This document shows, piece after piece, positions 56,607-64,000 of a stretch of DNA of 64,000 nt (within the stretch, counting starts at the first letter, position 1; every line of letters starts with the position of its first letter). The notes below the pieces were generated by a model. That model worked only from the letters and a program-made list of their open reading frames with translations. It was not told the DNA's origin and ran no database searches. Where the stretch lies: assembly GCA_963749495.1 (NCBI GenBank), contig CAVVMW010000022.1:384001-448000 (forward strand). Direction: 5' to 3'. Source of the DNA: an uncultured bacterium (lineage in GTDB: Bacteria; Verrucomicrobiota; Verrucomicrobiia; Limisphaerales; UBA8199). The position numbers and the translations under genes were made by a program.

Positions 56607-58427
56607 CTACATCCGTGGGATCGCAGGTTCTGCACCAGCAGCGCGTTTAGGGGCGAGTAGCAGGAATTCGGAGATGCTCTCGACGATCGCAAATCCGGGG
56701 TATTGAGCCGGTCCCATCCGGCGCAACTCATCCCCATACACTACGGCGCAAGCTCCTTCGGCAAAATCGGGCCGAGCACGGCGCGCCGCCAACAGGTCAT
56801 CGCTGCTGTTAATAACACGCACAGTGGCGAAGGCCCTTAAATCGAGATCATAGAATTGTAGGGGCATTGCGATGAAGAACTCCGCATAAACACGCTTGGC
56901 GCCTCTTGCGGCGAGGCGCTGATAGAGCCGGTCGGTGCGCACGAAGTGATTGCTGGTCTCCAACTCCCGGCCGATCAGAAAAGTGGAACTGCGGCCATGG
57001 CTCCGGGCCTGGAAGACAAAGTAATTCGAGAAAATGCGGCTCAATTGGAAGAGGAGAAAAATGCTGAAGAGGAGCGAACCTCCTCGACTGGAGAGCGTGT
57101 GGGGCAACCGGGCACGTAGGGGCTTTTGCACAGCAGCAAACGAAGGCAACCCAGAGGAGAACAGCGCCCAGACGGAAGGCTGGCCACCGCCTGCGGGCTC
57201 CGGTGAGCATTCATCAACGAGTCTGAAGGGCTTGAGGAATGCCGTGAAAAGATAAGCGAGAAAGAGGGGCACAAGATAGAGCGGGAGAAGGAAGTAGCGG
57301 TCGGCATTCGCAGGACACAAGAAGGCCGTGCTCACGAAGAGCGCAGCGGCGAAAACAATTACTTGCTTTTCGGCTGATTTGGCGCCTTTGGGCCTTAGCC
57401 AGGCTTGTCTCGCCATCAAGCCGACGCCTGCCAGCAGGAGGGGCCAAAGGAAGTTCGGACTCGGAAACACAACGTGGCCGGCGAATCTTCTGAAAAGGAT
57501 GTCCCCGTGCGCAATCTGCGCGAGCAGGGTCGGCCACTCCCATAACCGCTGCAGAAAGGCCCCCAAAAACCGCGACAGGTCGAAGCCGGCAACCATGATC
57601 TTCCCACCGTGGTCTGAGGCCATAAATTGCCAGAGAATTCTGGGGGAGAGCGCCACCAAAAAGCCGTAGCCCACGGCATAAAAGGCGGCATTGCGGAAAA
57701 GGGACGTTCTGTCCCTAAAAATGGCGGTTGCAAACAAAGCCAGCGGCACCGAGGCGAAGATAAGATGGTTCCAAGTCCCGAGCCCCAGGCATATCCCGGC
57801 GAGCCACGGAAGAGCCCATTGCTTTCGGAAACGCTCTCTGCCGCTCTCCAGCAGCAGCCAAGCTGCCGCCAGCGCCAGTATGGGATTGAGCGCGAATACT
57901 TCATGGGCAATCCGCCCGTAGGCCATGAAGAAAGGCAGGCTTACCAGGACCAGTGCGGACAACGCGGCCATGGCCTGGTTAAAGCATCGCTTGATGACGC
58001 CATAGTAGAGAAAAATGCTGAATAGCGTTGTGATGCCGGTGAGCGAGCGCAACACGGCAACTTTGCAGCCGAAAAGTTGGAACAGAAAGGCTACGAGATA
58101 CTGGTGCAGCGGCCCTGTGTAGCCGTTCATTCCGACCATCGGCCTGGCCCCATGAAGGATCTCATTAGCGCGAAGGCCGCCCCAGGCCTCGTCTCCGTGC
58201 AGGCCGGGAATAGTGGCCAAAAGAGGAAAGAGCAGCAAGGCGCCAATGCAGGCCGCCCCGAGCAGGAAGACCCGCGGGCGTAACCATTGGCTGGGATTCC
58301 CGCTCGGCTCCACACCCCCCTCACTCCGTGGGCGGCATGATGCCGTTGATATTAGCGGATGTCCGGTCTCGCATCCAAAGCCAATCGCGCTTGTCCAGCG
58401 GGTCTCGAATCCGGAACCTGTCGCCAT
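56607..58427 (-). CDS. ArnT/PMT-like (GT39/GT83) GT-C glycosyltransferase
   Basis: PGLHGDEAWGGL..YTGPL..LR, GLGTWNH, DRYFL; many TM helices. The true start is probably downstream of 58427. Confidence 0.78.
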   Translation of the reverse strand: MATGSGFETRWTSAIGFGCETGHPLISTASCRPRSEGGVEPSGNPSQWLRPRVFLLGAACIGALLLFPLLATIPGLHGDEAWGGLRANEILHGARPMVGMNGYTGPLHQYLVAFLFQLFGCKVAVLRSLTGITTLFSIFLYYGVIKRCFNQAMAALSALVLVSLPFFMAYGRIAHEVFALNPILALAAAWLLLESGRERFRKQWALPWLAGICLGLGTWNHLIFASVPLALFATAIFRDRTSLFRNAAFYAVGYGFLVALSPRILWQFMASDHGGKIMVAGFDLSRFLGAFLQRLWEWPTLLAQIAHGDILFRRFAGHVVFPSPNFLWPLLLAGVGLMARQAWLRPKGAKSAEKQVIVFAAALFVSTAFLCPANADRYFLLPLYLVPLFLAYLFTAFLKPFRLVDECSPEPAGGGQPSVWALFSSGLPSFAAVQKPLRARLPHTLSSRGGSLLFSIFLLFQLSRIFSNYFVFQARSHGRSSTFLIGRELETSNHFVRTDRLYQRLAARGAKRVYAEFFIAMPLQFYDLDLRAFATVRVINSSDDLLAARRARPDFAEGACAVVYGDELRRMGPAQYPGFAIVESISEFLLLAPKRAAGAEPAIPRM

Positions 58428-59325
58428 GTTTCTCGGCTCGGTTCAGCCAGCGATGGCTCTCGGAGTGCCCGTCGGCGAAGGCAAAGCCGCACCCTCCATT
58501 GTGGTAGGTGCCGGGGGCGTCGATCCAGGTGGCTTGTTCCATCCCAAAGGCAAAAGCCGCGTCGTTGAGCCCATGGACATCTTCGTCCACCAGCACCCAG
58601 AGCATCGACGGCCCCGGCGCGCGAATGCTGGAGAACTTGCCGTAGGTGAACCATGGGGAATCCCGGCGGTGATTGAACTGATTGTTGAGCCAGGGGCCGT
58701 TGACCGGCAGGCGCGGCACCCCGGAGTGTGGTGGAAAGGGTGCATTTATCCCTTTGGTGCCAACATCAAAACCCGGACAAATCGTTCCCACGGCTTGGCT
58801 CATGGAAAAGGTACGCGCCGAGAGCACCGTCTTGCCCACCAAGCTGGGGTCGTTGCCCTGGTACTTCCCCATGCGCTTGTCCCCCGGGCAGTGGAAAACG
58901 GCTGTATTCCCGGCGAGATACGGGGCCAACAGGCTTAGTTTGGGATCCTTGAGCAGGTCGGGATTGAATTCTGCCGGACCATTGACCCCGGCCACGCCGG
59001 AACACCAGTTGTGGCCTGGTATGCTGTTGCCGTCATCGGGGTTGGGAGGGAAAACATCGGTGTATTCCCCCGCGTACAATGACATGGCCGCCATGAGCTG
59101 TTTGCCATTGTTGAGACAGTAAATGCCCTGTACCTTTTGCTTGCTCTTGGAGAGGACCGGCAGCAGCAGCGCGGCCAGAATGCCAATGACGGCGATGACC
59201 ACTAGGAGTTCCACCAGCGTGAAGGCTAGTTCCTCCACTGGTCGCAGTTGCATAGTATCTTGCCGGAGAACGCGAGGCCGAGTTCCGATTGCGTGCATAA
59301 CTTGTTGTCCCGTGCGATTAGACAT
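58321..59325 (-). CDS. Prepilin-type N-terminal cleavage/methylation protein with H-X9-DG motif
   Basis: AFTLVELLVVIAVIGILAALLLPVL, CLNNGKQL, FHCPGD, DE...LND, HNGGCGFAFADGHSESHRW. Confidence 0.9.
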   Translation of the reverse strand: MSNRTGQQVMHAIGTRPRVLRQDTMQLRPVEELAFTLVELLVVIAVIGILAALLLPVLSKSKQKVQGIYCLNNGKQLMAAMSLYAGEYTDVFPPNPDDGNSIPGHNWCSGVAGVNGPAEFNPDLLKDPKLSLLAPYLAGNTAVFHCPGDKRMGKYQGNDPSLVGKTVLSARTFSMSQAVGTICPGFDVGTKGINAPFPPHSGVPRLPVNGPWLNNQFNHRRDSPWFTYGKFSSIRAPGPSMLWVLVDEDVHGLNDAAFAFGMEQATWIDAPGTYHNGGCGFAFADGHSESHRWLNRAEKHGDRFRIRDPLDKRDWLWMRDRTSANINGIMPPTE

Positions 59326-59359
59326 CTGGTTTCCTGGAAAGTCAAGAGCCCGGTTCTGC

Positions 59360-59878
59360 GTACGGCGGCTTCCTCGTTGGTATCTTGTGGCACGGCCACC
59401 TGATCAACCAGGCGCTGGTCGGTGGTCTGGAAGTTGACCAGCGGCAGGGCCTTGTCGGCCTTGGGCTTGTGCAGTTGGGGCGGGATCTCACAGGGCTCCT
59501 CTGGGACGGGTGCTGGACTGGCTGCTTGAGCACGAGCAGGCGCCGGCTGGGTGTTTTTGACCACTTTGCCGTCCACATGCACCACCGCCGCCAGGGTGGG
59601 ATCCTGCTTTTGCATCCAGCCCTCCAGTGCATCTTTGAGTTGGTCGGGATCGACTTTCTTGAGCACCCGCCGGAAGGTGCGCTCACTGGGCACGTCACAC
59701 TCTCGGAGGTGCCCTGGGCGGCGACGACAGCCCAGCTGACGGCGTTGTGCGTGATTGAGGCTCTGGGCGAATTCGGCAATCGCGTGCGGCCCCTTGCATC
59801 CCGCTGCCACCAACTGTCTCCAATCCCGGCGCCGCTGCCACAGGGCCAGCGGGTTATTCGGAACCGCCGCTGCCACAT
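59360..59878 (-). pseudogene. ISAs1-family transposase fragment
   Basis: AIAEFA, VPSERTFRRVL..VDP, VHVDGKVVK, QVAVPQDTNEEAA; truncated at both ends. Confidence 0.75.
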
Positions 59879-59953
59879 TTGCTCGCTCGACAGCGTGGGG
59901 GTTTCGTGTTAGTGGATCGCTAGGTCGGAGCTAACGTAAACTACAATCGCCCG

Positions 59954-61526
59954 GTGACAATCAAGAATTTCGGCCCGGATGTGAATGCTAGTGCCGTTTC
60001 AAGAGAAGACGGTTGGGGGGGGCGTTGGATTCGGTGCGGCGGTGCAGTCGGGGCCTCTTTGGTGGCGGTTATTCTTGCGGGGCTGTTGGCCATGCTGATC
60101 GTGGCGGTCACGCCAGCGCTCCGATCTGCCATCCAGATTGGCCCTGACGAGCCCTATGAGGTGATGAAGGCGCTGCTTTGGGCAAAAGGGTATCCGCTTT
60201 ATAAGAGCATTTGGAACGACCAACCGCCGCTGTACACCATTTTGCTTGGTTTGTTGTTTCGTTGCTTTGGCCCAACAATCGGCGCAGCACGAGCCTTGGC
60301 TGTCTTCTTCGGGGTCATGCTTCTTGGGGCCTGCTTCGTCATGGTGAGGAAACGGTTTGGCATCTGGGCGGCTACAGCGGCATCTCTGGCGTTGTTGGCG
60401 GCTCCTGAGGTGCTCGAATTGTCAACGTCCGTGATGCTAGAGGTCCCGGCAATGGCTGTGGGCCTTTGGGCGCTTTGGCCCATTTGCAGGTGGGCAGAAG
60501 AGTCAGGAACGTCGTAGGTCCCGCCTCGCTGTTTCCAGCTTGCTGTTTGCCGCGGCCCTGCAGATCAAGCTGACAGCAGCGATTTTCGCACCCGCCGCGT
60601 GCGCTGAATTGTTCCTTGCCGAGAGCGCCCGCGGAGTCTCCCCGACAAGGCAGGGCGTACGGCGGGCGTCATCTTGGCTGGGTTGCGTTGCGGCATGGTT
60701 CCTGTTGTTCAGCGTCCTATTGGGGAGCGGCTATCGCCAGGCCTGGGCCTCTCATTTCTCGGCAGGAACGCTTGAGGCGGCTACAGACATGGGATATGTA
60801 TTCTCCCCGCGGCTCTTGCTTGAACACCCTGAGGGTCTCCTGGGAGCCTGCGCTGGTTTGGCAGTCGCGATTTGCCTTGGCGACTTTCGACGCGTCGCGA
60901 TGCCGTATCTTCTCCTGCTCACGGTTCTAGAGATCCATCTCTTTCACCGACCATGGTGGCCTTACTACTACGTGCATTTAGCGATTCCGATGGCTTGGCT
61001 TACGGGCTACTCGCTGACGCAGCTTTTCCATGTTTCGTTCACCCTTGGAAAGGCCCGCAGAAGACCTGTTTTTGGCTTAATCGCCAAAAGGATTGGACTT
61101 GCGACCTTAATCGCGTCAATGGCCACCACAGGGATTGTGCGGATGATTTCAGAGGGTCAGGGGATCCGACGCCTGCCGCGGATCCAGGACGACCGACTAA
61201 TCGCGACGATGCGACGCTACGCAGCTCGCACGCACTGGGTTTACGCACGTTCCACGATTTACGCCTTTCACGCGGGATTGGTGGTTCCCCCGGAGTTGGC
61301 GGTCGTCGTGAAAAAGCGCTTCTGGTCAGGACAGCTTACCGACGCGCAGATTGTGGCTATTGTCAAACGCTATGCCCCCGAACAAATTCTCTTAGGCAGG
61401 GAAGACCCTCTAACGCCTCAGCAGCTCGATCGCGCTGGGTATGCGGCTGTGTTGCAAGGCGAGGCGCTTGCTCTATACGTGGCGGGCACTCTCGTAGACG
61501 CTCAAGGCCCGAAACTTGGGAGGTGA
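59954..61526 (+). CDS. ArnT/PMT-like GT-C glycosyltransferase, split near 60517-60540
   Basis: GPDEPYEVMKALL..LYKSIWNDQPPL..AAR..VMLEVP; continues ALQIKLTA and PWWPYYY in the next frame. Confidence 0.78.
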
Positions 61527-61793
61527 GAAACTGTCCCCGCTCCGAGTGGTTTTTGCGGATCCCGGCAGTGCTCGGCGGCTGCTGCCTCTACGTTTTGCCG
61601 GGGGCGCGCGCCTGGCGCGGCGGCGCCGGTCAAATGCCCACGCTGGTCGTTGCGGAGTATGCACCATGCGGGCGGCTGAAGTCCAACATCCCACAGCGCC
61701 CACAGGACATTTGTCGCAGACCACTGTCATCTCCCACAGCGGCCAGTCGCCGACAAGATCGGCGCCGCTGCTGTGGCGGCTAGAGATCCTCTT

Positions 61794-62210
61794 CTAGCTG
61801 CCTGAGGAGCAGGGTACCGAGATCCAATGCATAGTTTGCACCATGCCGTTCGACACCTGGTTCGTCCCAACACAGCCGTAGGATGTGCAATAGCCATAGT
61901 TCGTCCATTGAAAACAATTCACCTTGAGGTTTGGATCGAAGCTAGGGTTCACCTTGTATTCGCAGTCAGTGGTCGCAAAGGGCGCCGAATAGGAATTGTA
62001 CTGGCAGGGTGCGTTGTTTGTCGTCCACATGGTTTGCGTCGGACAAACGACGCACTGTACGATGCTATTCTGTTCGGCGGCGCCCAACCACAGACAATTG
62101 ATCGCGACCACGCGAAGCGGGACCACCACCAAGAGTGCCATCAAGGGCAACATGCTCCCGAAACGAGCCCACCCGTTGAGAGCCACTTTACATTTCATGC
62201 TGTTTTTCAT
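61794..62210 (-). CDS. Cys-rich secreted small protein
   Basis: Signal-peptide-like N-terminus; 9 Cys in a mature region of about 100 aa. Confidence 0.7.
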   Translation of the reverse strand: MKNSMKCKVALNGWARFGSMLPLMALLVVVPLRVVAINCLWLGAAEQNSIVQCVVCPTQTMWTTNNAPCQYNSYSAPFATTDCEYKVNPSFDPNLKVNCFQWTNYGYCTSYGCVGTNQVSNGMVQTMHWISVPCSSGS

Positions 62211-62229
62211 TTCTTAGTTGCAGTATGGT

Positions 62230-63936
62230 TTATGTTGGAACTTCTTCCGAACTTCTCGGTCGTCGGGAGAGAAATCGTCTGCAGCCGTAAATGACTAGAG
62301 GGAGCGCGATAACTGCAGCCAGGCAGAGGCGGACTTTGAGTGTGCCGCGGAAGGAGGCTCGAGTGGCGCGGCGCTGCATGTCCAGGTGAAAGCTGCGCGC
62401 TTCCTGCTCTGACGCCCATCGGTTCGACGCCATGTACCCGGCCGCCCTGGCAACGTCAGGGACACTGACAAACGTGATGCCGGGGAACCGCGGCTGGAAG
62501 CTGAAGTCGGCCGTTCGCTCAAGCGCGTCCGTGCGCGTCAATCGGACGCGCACCTCCGAAACCAGGTACAAGTCGCTGTTTGATTTAGCGTCGGTTTTCA
62601 TCCTGAATTGTCTGAGGATCGAAGCACTCGGGACTCTCAGCCCGGCTATGTTGGTGAAGGCCTCGACCTTGTATTGGGCGGTAGTGAAACCAGCCTCATA
62701 GGGCTGGTCCAATCTTACGGGTGGCCCTTTGCGCATCAGCCTGGTGCCGTCGTTGAAATACGCGACCTCGGCGGGAAATTGCGGCCTGGATTCTGTCAAA
62801 ACCCATGACGCGGGAACAGTCAAGTGTCCCGCGCTGGGCCCGAACATGGCGCCGGAAACCGAGTCCTGACACATTGGTGGCTCCACCAAGTTATTCGTCC
62901 TGGACGCAAAATATGATCCAGAGGCGTACGTCAACCAAATGGCACAGGCATCCTTGACGAGGAAGCTGCTGCAGACATGACCTTTATACTGAATCCCGGT
63001 GGCAACGTTGCCGGCTACCGGGTATCCGCGCTTGCGTTGCTCTTCGACAGCGCGCTTCATGCTGCCAATGAAATAGACGTTTGTGCCGTCGCAGGCGAGT
63101 TCCTTATAGTCGAAGGTGTTTGGCCCCTCATCGTGGACGTAATGAATCAACCAACCGTCATTGTCTAATGTAACCGTAAAGGAAACCTGGGGCAGGGTCT
63201 TTATTTCCGCACCGAAGTAAAGTGTCGCCTCCGCAAAGCCCTCGAAACGAAGCATCTCTGACGCAGCATACAAACGCGGTGCCAAAAGGATGCCCAGCAC
63301 GACCACAACACGACGGATCCAGGATCTGGAGCCATTGTGTCGCCCGCCCGAGCATGCCCATCGGTCCGTCGCCAGACAGTGACCAAGGGCCGTGAGGCTT
63401 CCGATGAAAAGGTAGGCGAGCACGCCTTTCATTACATTGTCCGCGAGCCTAGGGGAGACGTGGAGCAGATCCGTCAGGCTGCCTAGACAGCGGCACGGTT
63501 GATGCCAACCCAGCCACCATAGGCCAACGCGATAAGCGGCAAACCCAGCCGACAACCACGCAACCAAGCCCAGCTTCGGACGCGGGTTGTGACCGACGAG
63601 GCAAACATACGCAACAAGCAGTTCGGTGGTGCCCACGAGGAGCATGAGCCGGCGGAAAGACAGCCCGATTATTGGATCGAACTGCGCGAGGGCGTTGGAT
63701 CCGCCGAGGGTGCTCAACAGCTTGGCCCCACCGGTGACGATCAAGACCGCGCCGGCGGAGTAGGTAAAGAGCCTTGTCAAAGCCGCAGCATCGGGACGGC
63801 TTGCCGCACCGCAGTTGCAGGCGTCGGCGTCAGACTGGACTGGAGCCCGCAGGATTGGGGGGCCGGGCTCCCGGTCCGCTGTGCGTTGGCCCGCAGCCGT
63901 CCGTCTGCCGTTGATTGGTTCTGGGGGAGGTGGCAT
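62230..63936 (-). CDS. MauE/DoxX-family membrane domain fused to an exported domain with C-terminal TM anchor
   Basis: TGGAKL..DPI..EL..YR..PCRCLG; a second signal-like segment RRVVVVLGILLA; C-terminal LAAVIALPLVIYG followed by a basic tail. Start is uncertain. Confidence 0.7.
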   Translation of the reverse strand: MPPPPEPINGRRTAAGQRTADREPGPPILRAPVQSDADACNCGAASRPDAAALTRLFTYSAGAVLIVTGGAKLLSTLGGSNALAQFDPIIGLSFRRLMLLVGTTELLVAYVCLVGHNPRPKLGLVAWLSAGFAAYRVGLWWLGWHQPCRCLGSLTDLLHVSPRLADNVMKGVLAYLFIGSLTALGHCLATDRWACSGGRHNGSRSWIRRVVVVLGILLAPRLYAASEMLRFEGFAEATLYFGAEIKTLPQVSFTVTLDNDGWLIHYVHDEGPNTFDYKELACDGTNVYFIGSMKRAVEEQRKRGYPVAGNVATGIQYKGHVCSSFLVKDACAIWLTYASGSYFASRTNNLVEPPMCQDSVSGAMFGPSAGHLTVPASWVLTESRPQFPAEVAYFNDGTRLMRKGPPVRLDQPYEAGFTTAQYKVEAFTNIAGLRVPSASILRQFRMKTDAKSNSDLYLVSEVRVRLTRTDALERTADFSFQPRFPGITFVSVPDVARAAGYMASNRWASEQEARSFHLDMQRRATRASFRGTLKVRLCLAAVIALPLVIYGCRRFLSRRPRSSEEVPT

Positions 63937-64000
63937 GAAGAGACGGTCTCTATCTACGAGGAGAACTGGCCGACCCTGTTCCTGGATCCTTGCGAAAAGC

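Overview
High-GC bacterial window, most likely Verrucomicrobiota (Pedosphaerales/Limisphaerales-like). This is inferred from the prepilin/H-X9-DG proteins, the exported proteins ending in an 'FYR' module and the repeat style. It has three zones. (1) 1-39.7 kb is chromosomal backbone: GH27, a BMP/nucleoside ABC transporter, GH116, RlmD-like methyltransferase, an NHL-repeat protein, SDR, serine hydrolase, OPT, LarA, aspS, NikMN/Q/O, proA, MarC and a PQQ-like propeller. Almost every intergenic gap holds a REP/REPIN-like palindromic element or a 7-12 bp tandem array, and an intact IS4-family element has inserted into one REPIN. (2) Directly after tRNA-fMet (39695-39771) a lower-GC, REP-free integrative or phage-like island begins. 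It carries many small co-oriented genes behind a shared leader motif, an HNH protein, a helicase-like gene with a candidate origin, a radical SAM gene, an adenine methyltransferase, a SWIM protein and a Ycf46-like AAA ATPase. No integrase is in the window. (3) 52.6-64 kb is a surface-modification cluster: four GT-C glycosyltransferases, GtrA, a prepilin-type protein, a Cys-rich secreted protein, a MauE/DoxX fusion and IS remnants. Several genes carry single-base indels that are probably sequencing errors. The most novel signals are a circularly permuted REPIN inserted into another REP hairpin at a shared GAG, strong Thr-Asn dipeptide enrichment in surface proteins alongside GT-C enzymes, an IS4 element with a divergent accessory gene, and a leader-delimited cassette architecture in the island. 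All family assignments come from motif recognition by eye, not from database searches.
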